The notes under the pieces are model-generated. The model searched no databases, had not been told where the DNA came from, and worked only from the letters and a program-made list of their open reading frames with translations. The position numbers were made by a program, and so were the translations under genes. From Methanotrichaceae archaeon (lineage in GTDB: Archaea > Halobacteriota > Methanosarcinia > Methanotrichales > Methanotrichaceae): a DNA stretch of 64,000 nucleotides. The DNA lies in contig CAVWIG010000021.1 of NCBI GenBank assembly GCA_963754945.1, positions 43,010 to 107,009 of the forward strand, in the 5' to 3' direction. Positions 39,869-50,066 of this stretch are shown here, in pieces (within the stretch, counting starts at the first letter, position 1; every line of letters begins with the position of its first letter).

Positions 39869-40163
39869 AGTTACAATGCTATATTATTATAGGCCTATAA
39901 AGTTATCGATCAAATTGGTTGATGCAGAACTTGAGATGCACATGCCGACGCGAAAGTAAACAATAGATCGGTGTAAACCCGCAAAATCGGCCTAAAGTTC
40001 TTCTGGCAATCGGATTAATCGCCGCAAGGAGCGATTCTAATATTTTCCTGAGTATAGCGCGGCTGCAGCACCGGCTACGCATACCTTCCGAGTGCGAGTT
40101 ATGCCGTAAACAAGGATTGAACTCTTTCGCGATACCTGAGAGGAATCCTTAAAATCCGCCAAA

Positions 40164-41531
40164 TCAACCAGCAGTAGCAGATCCCGCCTTTGCGTGCCTG
40201 CGGTCGATCAAGCTGACAACGATCAAGAGAACAGAAGAAACAGCCAAGCCCAGTAGTGGATAGCTCTTTCCCAAAAGTATGCCTGTGAGACCACCTCCAA
40301 CCAGAGCGGTCAGCGCTCCCAAGGAAGTGAGTCCAAGCTTTTCCTTGTAGAATCCTGCGACCACGGGAACAAGCATTCCGCTGGTGAATACGGTATAGAC
40401 TGAGAATAGCATTGCTATTATTCCGGATCCTGTCAGGGCCAGGGCCAGAGCCGCCATTCCAATGCTCACAGCTCCCATCCTGGAGGTCCTCATGAGTTCA
40501 GGAACTCCTGATGACGGTCTGGCCTTTCGGTAGAGGTCAAGGGCCATGGTGGTTGTAGCTGTCATCAGGGGCGTGGCCGCCGAGGACATGAACGCAGCCA
40601 GAAGGGCTGATCCTACGATGCCCCGCTCAAGGGGTGAGAGCATGTTAGTCATCAGAACTGGAAGTGCCTGCTCAGCCTGGATGCCGGGGAAGAGAATCTT
40701 GGCGGATATTCCCAGGACAGTGATGGCAAATGCTAGAGGAATAAGGATAATGGCAGACATCACAATTGAGTTGCGTGCCGTCCCTGGGTCTTTTGCCAGG
40801 AAGATGCGGGAATAGATGTCGGGTCCGACGAGGTATGTGGACCCCACTACGAGGATCATGGATACGACGCCAACTGCGTCCCTTTCCGGAGATAAGGGGA
40901 AGCTCTGTTCCTTCAGAAACGTAAGACCTGTGGCATCCAACGTCCTATATAAGAGAAGCACTATGCCTGCGAGGATTATCACGAACTGGACCAGATCAGT
41001 CCGGACAACGGAGTGCTGTCCTCCCTGGACTGTGTAGAGGATGAAGACTAGGGCAGACGCTGCCATAAACACCTGTTCGCTGCCGCCGAACAAGGCGTTG
41101 AGAACCTTTCCCGAGGCTATGATCTGGACACAGATTACCCCAATCCAGGAGACGATTATGAGCAGCGAGGCTGCAGTTCTCACCCTTTCACCGTAGAATG
41201 TTCCTATCAGCTCCGGCAGGGTGTAGCAGCCCTTTGCCCTGATCTTCTTGGCAAAAAATACGGACAGAACCAGCAGCCCGACAGTTCCGGATAGCATCCA
41301 CCAGGCACCCGTTAGCCCTTCCTTAAATCCTAGTCCTGCCATGCCCATGGTAGCCGACGCCCCAACGATGGTGGCACAGAGGGTAGACGTGAGCATGACG
41401 TACCTCACTCTTCTGCCGGCCAGGTGAAACTCATCCAGGCCCGTAACTCGCTTGGCACTAATTGCCCCTATGACAAGCATGACGGCGAAGTAGCTGATCA
41501 TGACTGCTAACGTTAGGTCCGTTGCGCCCAA
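40164..41531 (-). CDS. Sodium:solute symporter family protein
   Basis: ~13 TM segments, FHLAGR, ATIVGA, YTLPELIG.FYG, YTVQGG..SVVRTD and AAFMSSA. Confidence 0.9.
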   Translation of the reverse strand: MGATDLTLAVMISYFAVMLVIGAISAKRVTGLDEFHLAGRRVRYVMLTSTLCATIVGASATMGMAGLGFKEGLTGAWWMLSGTVGLLVLSVFFAKKIRAKGCYTLPELIGTFYGERVRTAASLLIIVSWIGVICVQIIASGKVLNALFGGSEQVFMAASALVFILYTVQGGQHSVVRTDLVQFVIILAGIVLLLYRTLDATGLTFLKEQSFPLSPERDAVGVVSMILVVGSTYLVGPDIYSRIFLAKDPGTARNSIVMSAIILIPLAFAITVLGISAKILFPGIQAEQALPVLMTNMLSPLERGIVGSALLAAFMSSAATPLMTATTTMALDLYRKARPSSGVPELMRTSRMGAVSIGMAALALALTGSGIIAMLFSVYTVFTSGMLVPVVAGFYKEKLGLTSLGALTALVGGGLTGILLGKSYPLLGLAVSSVLLIVVSLIDRRHAKAGSATAG

Positions 41532-41666
41532 TTACATATCTCCCGACAGTGATCCTCGAATTGTAAACCTATTCTTCGCGAGGAGGTTTACAATATATAA
41601 AGGTTGCGAAGAACTATACACAATCTTTATATTCAATAGGTTCCTATAAAGATAGGGTGAACTGAG

Positions 41667-42059
41667 ATGGAGCTTCGGGTAGAGAACTATTTTCTCAAGG
41701 CTTTTGTCGCCTCAGGGCTCCTGGCGCTGGTGATCATGGTTCTGGCGATGGGCCTGATCTACCTTTTCAGGTACGGCACACCGCTTCCGACCCCAGTTAT
41801 ACTAATCCTGGCAGCCATCTCTTTCGTGATGTCCGCTTCCTTCTTCGAACGGTATGAGGTGGGGTCTATAATGTGGTCCTTGCTCGTCTCCCTCATCGTG
41901 ACCCTCATCATGACTCTAATCTCCGGCGGGATAGTCTACTTCGGATCGATGAACCGCCTGGGGTGGGAGGAGCTCCTATCCGGCCTGGCTGTGAGCATGA
42001 TAGTTGCCACTACTCTGCTCAACTATCTTAAACGAAGCCTTGGAGAGATTGAGTACTAG
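41667..42059 (+). CDS. Small 4-TM membrane protein
   Basis: Four hydrophobic helices and a GGTGA RBS. Confidence 0.75.
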   Translation: MELRVENYFLKAFVASGLLALVIMVLAMGLIYLFRYGTPLPTPVILILAAISFVMSASFFERYEVGSIMWSLLVSLIVTLIMTLISGGIVYFGSMNRLGWEELLSGLAVSMIVATTLLNYLKRSLGEIEY

Positions 42060-42125
42060 TTCAAACAAGCCATGCCATCAGCCCCAACCAAGGCTAAAAT
42101 AGTAGAAGCCCGATGGATTGGTTTA

Positions 42126-43016
42126 ATGATCCTGGTTGATCCCTTCGGCAGGAAGGCTACGGGTCTGCGGATGGCTCTCACCTCCAGGTGCAACTTGAAG
42201 TGCGTTTATTGCCACCACGAAGGGGATGTTGCGCACAAGGACGAGATCTCCTGTGAGATGGCGGCAAACCTGGCTAGGGCAGCCGCTGACCTCGGAATGC
42301 ACTCTGTCAAATTCACGGGAGGCGAGCCTCTGATGCGTAGCGACCTGGAAGACATCTTGTCCGAGATGCCCGATTGTCTGGACCTGTCCCTGACTACAAA
42401 CGGGATCTTTCTTGCAAATCGAGCAGGATCCCTGGCTGAGGCCGGCCTGAACAGGGTCAACATAAGCCTGGATTCGCTGAACCCGAAGACCTACAGATCG
42501 ATTACCGGAGGCAGAGAGGGTGATATGGAAAAGGTCATCGATGGAATTGAGGCTGCCAAGAATGCCGGTCTATTGCCCATAAAGCTGAATGTGGTCGTGC
42601 TTCGTGAAAACGAGGACGAGATTCCGGAACTGATCGACTTTTCCCGTGACAGAGGCCTGATTCTCCAGTTAATAGAGCTTATGGACCTGAACGGCCTGGG
42701 AATCTCCGGAGACATCGAGGGGGTCGAGCGCAGGCTTCAGGCCAGTGCGGACAGGATTGTGACCAGAGAGATGCACCGCAGGAAGAAGTACTTCTTGGAT
42801 GGAGCCGAGGTCGAGATTGTGCGGCCCATGGACAACACAGAGTTCTGTGCCAACTGCACGAGGATTCGAGTCACTTCGGACGGGAAGCTGAAGCCCTGCC
42901 TCTTGCGGAACGACAATCTTGTCAATATCGAAACCTGCGACTGCGAGAAGATAAAGGATCTGCTCAAGGTGGCGAATGAGCGCAGGGAGCCTTATTTTGG
43001 AAGAGTGGTTTTGTAA
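42126..43016 (+). CDS. moaA: GTP 3',8-cyclase (molybdopterin biosynthesis radical SAM)
   Basis: DPFGR, CNLKCVYCH, FTGGEP, TTNG, NISLDSL and FCANCTRIRVTSDGKLKPCL. Confidence 0.94.
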   Translation: MILVDPFGRKATGLRMALTSRCNLKCVYCHHEGDVAHKDEISCEMAANLARAAADLGMHSVKFTGGEPLMRSDLEDILSEMPDCLDLSLTTNGIFLANRAGSLAEAGLNRVNISLDSLNPKTYRSITGGREGDMEKVIDGIEAAKNAGLLPIKLNVVVLRENEDEIPELIDFSRDRGLILQLIELMDLNGLGISGDIEGVERRLQASADRIVTREMHRRKKYFLDGAEVEIVRPMDNTEFCANCTRIRVTSDGKLKPCLLRNDNLVNIETCDCEKIKDLLKVANERREPYFGRVVL

Positions 43017-43972
43017 GATGAATCCCTTTTTAATGGGATCTATTCTTTGCTTCCATTAGTGACTCAACCACAAAAACTATGGGGCAAATTCTTTTTGAAG
43101 ACTGGAGCGGGCTGCGGTACCGGTGCGCAGGCTACGGTTTAACTCAATCCCTTGATTTGATTATGATAATTGCCGTTCATCCGCCCGCAATTGATGGCGG
43201 AGTTCACTATCTAGCAATTAAACTTTCATTAGATTTCTTTGGTGATGTACTGCCAGTGTTAACCGTCAAAGTAGTATTGTCCGACTCTCTTCGTATATGA
43301 AGAAACGACTTTGGGTTCTTTTATCTGCTTGTCATGTCTAAAGGGGTTAGCTAAAGGTATAAGACCTAACATTTAAGAAAGACTTGTGATACGCAATTAC
43401 AGCCCCCGGAACGCGGCAATAATCCGCCGCGCTCCTGGAACTGCTCCTCCCTCCTGTGATATAGTTGTCGATGCGCTATAATTATTTATCACGAGCCTAT
43501 TTCTGCGTCATGTATTGAGAGCGATTGAGTTTCCGGGCTCGTCCACCCCATGCTACAACATACCACGATATAAACTTTGCTTCTTTGCCTCGGTCCAAAT
43601 GGTTGGTCCTTTATTTGATCCGAGCACTAGCCCTGCATCTGCACGAATACCTGGATAGCAATGGACAATTGTCAACTGATAGTGGAACCTGGATCGTTCT
43701 GAGCCGTGGGCATCACTGCATCAGATTGAGGAAATCGACATTCGATGCGCTGAAGGCCAGATGGACATATTTTCGTTGGGATTGAGATTGGGGATCTCAG
43801 ATTTCCGCGAACTACTCTAAATCTCATGTTATCTCGTACAACTTTGGGCCTAATATATTAATATATTTATGGGCACTTTGTTTCACACTTTCGTGTAAAT
43901 CCATTGCCGTTAGGGGAATAAAGACCGGTGGATACAGTTCAATCAATTATTGCCGGTCGAGTATAGTCAGTT

Positions 43973-44209
43973 CTAGGAGAGGAGCGGAGACACACTCCTC
44001 AGATTTAATAACAATTCGTCTCCTTTTGGTGTTATTCTGAAGAAATTCTCCTCTTTTATGATCAATTCACGGTCTATAAGCCAGTTTAGGTGGACATTTG
44101 CAGTCTTAGAATTGAGATTGGCCCGGCAGATTATTCGGTTTTTTGTAACAGCATCTTGCTTGCATATGAGCAGTACATTCCTTGCGATTTCTGCTTTTCC
44201 TCGTCTCAT
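43973..44209 (-). CDS. Small archaeal winged-HTH (HTH_45-type) protein
   Basis: MRRGKAEI...L..C....TK.RI...ANLN......L..L....LI......F.IT.KG. Confidence 0.8.
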   Translation of the reverse strand: MRRGKAEIARNVLLICKQDAVTKNRIICRANLNSKTANVHLNWLIDRELIIKEENFFRITPKGDELLLNLRSVSPLLS

Positions 44210-44324
44210 AAAGTATCTCCTTCGATCTTGAAACAGATGATGAAGATGTGCTGGCCCGATTTCGGAGATTAGCTCAGAATACTTGATATTCTGAAACTAA
44301 CCTATTCAGGTTAGAGTGCTATTA

Positions 44325-45609
44325 GAGAGTTTCGAAAAACTAATCAATCGAAATACTTATATACTATTAATACTATAATATAATGCATGAGGACTCTCAT
44401 TGATTTTGCCATTCGAGCAGAATATGCTCGAGTAAAAGCCCTCGGAGATGATCTATCCGAGATCGGATCGTTGATCAATTGGGAGCGTTTCAGATTTTTG
44501 GAACCATTGATATACAAAAATAAAACTAGCCGCGGAGGTCGTCCGAACATTGACATCGTGATTATGGTGAAAGCTCTCGTAATTCAGCATTGGTTTGGTC
44601 TAACAGATCCAGAACTGGAGCGACAGGTTGCGGATAGGATCTCTTTTCGTATTTTCCTTGGCACCACTGAAGTAATTCCTGATTTCAGCACAGTTTGGCT
44701 ATTCCGTGAACGTTTGATTAAGTGCGACGTATACGATGATCTTTGGAATGAGCTTCAAAGGCAGCTCGATGAGATGGGGTTTACTGTAAAGAATGGCACT
44801 ATCCAGGATGCAACCTTCATAACTTCGGACCCAGGTCGGAAGAGGAACAAGAAAGACGAGCAAGGCGGGGACAAAAAGGAAGGTCAAGATTCCGAAGCCA
44901 CCAGTACGAGCCTGAATCAGGAGTTTGATAAAGAGCTAATTGGTATTTCAAATAATATTATTGATGACAAGGCCAAACCACAGAGACTCGAAGAAGAGCC
45001 AATAAATGAGGGAAGTTGGGCAAAAAAGGGTGTCAAATCCTTTTTCGGATATAAAGGTCATATCTCAATCGATACCAATTACCACCTTATCAGATATTTT
45101 GAGACTACAACTGCTTCTGTACACGATAGTCAGGTAGATCTTGGAATTGAAGGGCTACCACGTTACGCCGATAAGGGATATGATGGTGCAAAAACTCGAG
45201 GATATGATGCAGCCATGAAAAAAGCTACAAGAGGTCACAAGCTTGGAATCATAGATCTTCTGAGGAATAAGAGAATCAGTAAAACGCGATCGCACATCGA
45301 AAGATGCTTCGCTGTTATGAAGCGGGGGCATAAGGGAGCACATGTTTATGTAACAACTGTCGCAAGAGCTGGAGTAAAATTCATGATGAATTCGGTCGTT
45401 TACAACCTGGAACAGTTGAAATATTTAGTGCATAAACAAACAGCCTAGCGGAAGCTCTCTAAAAAAGCGCAAAAATTAGAAACAACAAGGTAAATTGAAA
45501 TCTAATAAGCCAATTTAGGGGTGAAATATGCTAAAAAACCACTATAAAGATTGAAAATATTAACGCAAGAATTTAAGGCTTCATTAACCAACACTAAATC
45601 GAAACCCTC
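44325..45609 (+). mobile_element. IS5-family insertion sequence, copy 2 (1285 bp)
   Basis: TIR GAGAGTTTCGA / TCGAAACCCTC. The 4-bp flanks ATTA and ATAT do not match each other. Confidence 0.95.
44387..45448 (+). CDS. IS5-family DDE transposase
   Basis: Protein identical to 3455-4516. Confidence 0.95.
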   Translation: MRTLIDFAIRAEYARVKALGDDLSEIGSLINWERFRFLEPLIYKNKTSRGGRPNIDIVIMVKALVIQHWFGLTDPELERQVADRISFRIFLGTTEVIPDFSTVWLFRERLIKCDVYDDLWNELQRQLDEMGFTVKNGTIQDATFITSDPGRKRNKKDEQGGDKKEGQDSEATSTSLNQEFDKELIGISNNIIDDKAKPQRLEEEPINEGSWAKKGVKSFFGYKGHISIDTNYHLIRYFETTTASVHDSQVDLGIEGLPRYADKGYDGAKTRGYDAAMKKATRGHKLGIIDLLRNKRISKTRSHIERCFAVMKRGHKGAHVYVTTVARAGVKFMMNSVVYNLEQLKYLVHKQTA

Positions 45610-45823
45610 ATATATAGTCAGAAGAAAAAAGAATTCTGAATGTTAACTAGAATTGATAAGCAGAACTTAAACTATGTACCTAAGATACGAATCGGCCCTT
45701 TCATAGCGGATCGCACCTTAGAAGTTATTACCTATATCAAGTCCAATTAAGAAGAGCTTGCGATGGACTGGACCCCGAACGAGTTTACTATAAGCTTGAA
45801 ATTTTGCTGATCGCATCTTTGAG

Positions 45824-48800
45824 CTAACAATGAGATTCCAGGACTGCCTGTAACTCTTCCAGCTTCACTGGCTTACTAATGTAATCATCCATACCTGCAT
45901 CAAGACACTTCTCTCGATCGCCTTTGAGTGCATAGGCAGTGATTGCGATTATCTTCGGTTGTTCTGCAGACGCCCAGCGCTTTCGAATTGCCCTGGCGGT
46001 TTCAAGCCCATCCATTTCTGGCATCTGAACGTCCATGAGAATTAGGTCGTAGGGCTGGAGTTCCAAGGAGCGTAAGACCTCTGTCCCGTTAGCCGCCACA
46101 TCAGCGTGATAGCCTAGCTTATTTAGCATTTTCAACATTACCATTTGATTAACTGGGTTGTCTTCGGCTAAAAGTATCCGAAGAACATGGTTTCGCTCCC
46201 ATCCACTGTCGCTCTCTTGCAGCACCCCAGCTTTTATACTACTCGCGGGATTGATAAATGTAGCATCGGCCAATATTGTGAAGTTAAAGGTTGAGCCCTT
46301 GCCCAACTTGCTCTCGGCCCAGATCCTTCCGCCCATCATCTCCACAAGCTTCTTGGTTATGGCGAGACCAAGTCCGGTGCCGCCATACTTGCGGGTAGTC
46401 GACGAGTCTATTTGGGTGAATGATTGAAATAAACGGCTCATCTTATCTTCAGGAATTCCAATTCCAGTATCTCTTACTGCAAAGTACATTTCATAACATT
46501 GGTTTTCAAGCTTCTTGCTAGAGATTGAGATTGATATCTCCCCATTGTCCGTGAATTTAACGGCATTGCTGAGTAGATTGGCCAAGATTTGTTGTAGCCT
46601 GATAGGATCGCCCATGATCACCTGAGGAGTGCCTTCATCGATTGTATAAGACGGGTTTAGGCTTTTTTCAGATGCTTTCACTCCTACGAGATTCAGGGAG
46701 GTCTCTATGCTGCTTTTCAGTTCAAATGGCCGGAACTCCAGCTCCATCTTACCACTTTCGATCTTCGAAAAGTCCAGTATTTCGTTGATGACCGATAACA
46801 ACGAGTCCCCACTGCTTCTGATGGTCTCTACATAATCATTTTGTTCTCGAGTTAGATCTGTACCTTGGAGAAGATCCGTGAGACCTATGACTGCGTTCAT
46901 CGGAGTCCGTATCTCATGGCTCATGCTTGCCAGGAACTCGGATTTGGCTTTATCTGCAGATTCTGCCGCCTCTTTGGCCTTTATCAGTTCATCCTCTGCC
47001 CGTTTCCGAGCTAAAGCCCCGCCTATAGAGGCAGCTGTGGCCTGAAGAATAGACACTTCGGCACCAGTCCAAATGCGCTCGGAATGGCAATCATCGAAAC
47101 TGATAAATCCCCAGAATTGGCCTTCTATCATAATAGGAATAGCCAGGATTGATTTGATTTTCTGAGACTGCAATATCGCCCTCTCAGACTCCGGAAACTC
47201 TCGAATCAGCCCTTTTATTGGATGGCCAGCAAAAAGCATCTCATGCCATCGCGACATCTTCACATGACACAGATATTTATATAAATTAGAATTATTTATC
47301 TGGGGTGCGGTAGAATCTCGAGCCCATTTGAATCTCCGGCCCTCAAGATGTTTACCTATTTCTGATTCGTTAATCTCAGAGATGTAAACTCGGTCAACTC
47401 CTGTAGCGGCTCCGAGAAGCTCCAAAGTTTCATTTATTGCAAAATTTAGATTCGTCTCAGTCAGAAGAGTGTTTGTGGCAACTGCAACTCCACCTAGCAG
47501 GATGTCCTTCTTTTGAAGCGCTTCCTCTGCTTTTATGCGATCAGTTATATCCATGCTTACTCCAACCAAGCCCATCATCTCAGAGTTGATGTTATTTACA
47601 GTGCTAAATGTATAGAATGCCTGAAAAGTAGACCCATCTTTGCGCTTGACTGGAAATTCATCATCATAATGTCCGGTTTTTTTTATCTTAGCCATTACAT
47701 CTTGCATGATATCAGTCTTATTCTCTGGGACTATTGTCTCAGAGATATTTTTCCCGATCACTTCTTCCGCAGTCCATTGATATAGTACTTCAGCGAACTT
47801 GTTCCAATATGTTATATTTCCACACAGATCCGTCATAATAACCGCGTTATAAACCTGATTAAGTAAAGATGCTTGAAAGAGTATTTTCTCTTCATCCTGT
47901 TTTCGCTCTGTGATTTCAGTGAGGAAGTTCAAAGTGGCAGGGTTTCCTTCCCAATTAATCGGGACTGCAGAAATCTCCAGCCATTTGACAGCGTTATCTC
48001 TATCGATGAATCTAAAAGCATATGACTGGGGGTTAATATCGCTACATAGCCTTCTAAGATGATTATTAACTGCTATATCTTTATCATTTCGATGAATGAA
48101 TTCCTCAAACGGCCTAGACTTTAACTCCTTCTCCGAATAGCCTGTAACTTTCACGAATTTGGGGTTGACGAATTTTATTCTGCCATCCTGAACAACTAGA
48201 ATTGATTCGTTGACATTCTCAAACAGCAAACGATATTTCTCCTCAGATGCCCTTAAAGCCTCTTCTACTTGTTTTCGCTCAGTAATATCTTCAACTGTCC
48301 CATCATAGTGAATGCCATTCTCATCTTGCACTATCGTAGTGTTCATGGAGACCCAAAACTTGGTGCCATTTTTTGTCTTCACTTCAAGTTCGAATCCTTC
48401 CAGGTAACCTTGCTCAAGAAGAGTCTTAATAGCTCTGTCTCTGTCTTGAGGATTAACATAAAGCTGATGGCCTATGTCCGTGACTGAAGCAATCAACACT
48501 TCAGGTGAATCGTATCCGAAAAGCCGTGCAAAAGCCGGGTTGACGCTTAAGTACCTACCACCCGGTACGCTCTGATATATGCCCATTATGGAATTTTCAA
48601 AGATGTTTTGGTACTTCTCTTTGTTTCTTCTTAGATCCTCTTCCATCTGCTTACGTTCGGTTATCTCGCGTATCGATTCTATCGATCCGATTATATCCCC
48701 TGAAGAGTCATAAAGAGGAGCAGCTTTGCCCATAATGTAAGAGCCATCCTTCCTGAAAGAGGAAATCTTCGCCTCGCCGCTGATGTTAGTGCCATCACGT

Positions 48801-49117
48801 TGTAGATTCCTGTATTCTGCTTCAATTTTTGCATCCTGTTTCAAGACCAGGTCAACCAGAATAGGTCGCCTGCAATTGTAGAAAGGTAGTGCATACTCAT
48901 AATTCCCTTTTCCTAAAATATCTATGGCTTTCGTACCAGTTAGATTCTCCATGGCCTCATTCCAGGCTACCACCTTGCCTTTGATATCAACGGCTAAAGT
49001 GGCGTCTGTGATAAAATCTATGATTCTCGTCAGTTGGATGAAGTCCATTGCGGCTATTGCCGTAGAGGGATTGGAGATACTCTCCTTCTCTTGATCATCT
49101 TTGCTATCTCTCGACAT
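45824..49117 (-). CDS. Cytoplasmic hybrid histidine kinase (4 PAS, GAF, HisKA, HATPase, receiver)
   Basis: Repeated DITERK PAS ends, FLASMSHEIRTPMN, NLLSNAVKFT, DTGIGI, GGTGLGL, LAEDN and LMDVQMPEMDG. Confidence 0.95.
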   Translation of the reverse strand: MSRDSKDDQEKESISNPSTAIAAMDFIQLTRIIDFITDATLAVDIKGKVVAWNEAMENLTGTKAIDILGKGNYEYALPFYNCRRPILVDLVLKQDAKIEAEYRNLQRDGTNISGEAKISSFRKDGSYIMGKAAPLYDSSGDIIGSIESIREITERKQMEEDLRRNKEKYQNIFENSIMGIYQSVPGGRYLSVNPAFARLFGYDSPEVLIASVTDIGHQLYVNPQDRDRAIKTLLEQGYLEGFELEVKTKNGTKFWVSMNTTIVQDENGIHYDGTVEDITERKQVEEALRASEEKYRLLFENVNESILVVQDGRIKFVNPKFVKVTGYSEKELKSRPFEEFIHRNDKDIAVNNHLRRLCSDINPQSYAFRFIDRDNAVKWLEISAVPINWEGNPATLNFLTEITERKQDEEKILFQASLLNQVYNAVIMTDLCGNITYWNKFAEVLYQWTAEEVIGKNISETIVPENKTDIMQDVMAKIKKTGHYDDEFPVKRKDGSTFQAFYTFSTVNNINSEMMGLVGVSMDITDRIKAEEALQKKDILLGGVAVATNTLLTETNLNFAINETLELLGAATGVDRVYISEINESEIGKHLEGRRFKWARDSTAPQINNSNLYKYLCHVKMSRWHEMLFAGHPIKGLIREFPESERAILQSQKIKSILAIPIMIEGQFWGFISFDDCHSERIWTGAEVSILQATAASIGGALARKRAEDELIKAKEAAESADKAKSEFLASMSHEIRTPMNAVIGLTDLLQGTDLTREQNDYVETIRSSGDSLLSVINEILDFSKIESGKMELEFRPFELKSSIETSLNLVGVKASEKSLNPSYTIDEGTPQVIMGDPIRLQQILANLLSNAVKFTDNGEISISISSKKLENQCYEMYFAVRDTGIGIPEDKMSRLFQSFTQIDSSTTRKYGGTGLGLAITKKLVEMMGGRIWAESKLGKGSTFNFTILADATFINPASSIKAGVLQESDSGWERNHVLRILLAEDNPVNQMVMLKMLNKLGYHADVAANGTEVLRSLELQPYDLILMDVQMPEMDGLETARAIRKRWASAEQPKIIAITAYALKGDREKCLDAGMDDYISKPVKLEELQAVLESHC

Positions 49118-49333
49118 GGACCACCCGAAACAATTGGCTGAAACTCAAACTTACACTGCATGAACTTTCAAATACTTATCTCTTGATTACGGAGAAGTCG
49201 CTCATGGTCAGTATGGTGATCCAGTCGTAGGAGTCGACCTCTGCTAAAATTAGTCTAGGACTCTTTGGGATCATTTCGGTACCAGCACAAAATTTTTATC
49301 TGCTAAAAACCTATATGGTATGAGGAATTATCT

Positions 49334-49741
49334 ATGAAGGTGCTACTAATAGCACTCGGAATTGCACTACTGGTATCTATTTCTATTGGCCAGCCAATTT
49401 CAATTGGCGGAACCTACGGAAAGTCTTGGCTGGAGGATTATGGAAGTAAGAACATAGTGCCAAATTCGACCGGACTCTGGGATTGGGGCCATATTCCCCT
49501 TGGAAACATACTTCTGAACGGCAAATTGATGTCAATAGGCGACTACGGTGACACTGTATTGATACTTCCAGCCTTCCCAACTAACACGACCCCCATCCTT
49601 CAAAACAGAGCCTTGATGACATCAGACTATTCTGGCTTGTCAGTCGCAGATCTCAGCTCTCCATATCTTATGGAGGACCCATGGGCCGTATCTCAGACAA
49701 TAGGACAGCCCATATTGTACCATAGCATAAATCGAGCTTGA
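49334..49741 (+). CDS. Secreted hypothetical protein
   Basis: GAGG RBS, signal peptide and LWDWG.IP.G motif. Confidence 0.65.
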   Translation: MKVLLIALGIALLVSISIGQPISIGGTYGKSWLEDYGSKNIVPNSTGLWDWGHIPLGNILLNGKLMSIGDYGDTVLILPAFPTNTTPILQNRALMTSDYSGLSVADLSSPYLMEDPWAVSQTIGQPILYHSINRA

Positions 49742-50066
49742 ATAACCACTCCAGCCTAGAGCATGTTTGGAGCTAAACCTGTTGTGACCTCTTCGCGGCT
49801 CTATAGCTGTGCTCAGTCTTGTGGTAGGAGTTCGAAGATCCACATGTACTGCTTCTCCCCAAAGGTCCTGGATGGAGCCAGCTTCTCCCGAAGTTATCTA
49901 TTGCATGTATTGATATGGACCGAGACATGTTAGGACGGCGAAATGATAAATGCATATTGTCACATCTCGACTTTCCTGAATCAATAACAAGATATTTAAG
50001 AATAGAAGTGCACCATATTATTGGGAGCTATTGTTTGACTGCTCGAAGTCTAAAGGGGGATATGAT

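Noticed and set aside
43079-43785. Short ORFs 43079-43300 and 43525-43785
   Set aside because: No clear RBS, motifs or coding-like composition.
48380-48400. GTTCGAATCC tRNA T-loop-like motif
   Set aside because: Lies inside the histidine kinase CDS with no cloverleaf around it.
50008-50017. GTGCACCATA match to the IS630 terminal repeat
   Set aside because: Only 10 bp, with no TA flank, no partner repeat and no transposase. Likely chance.
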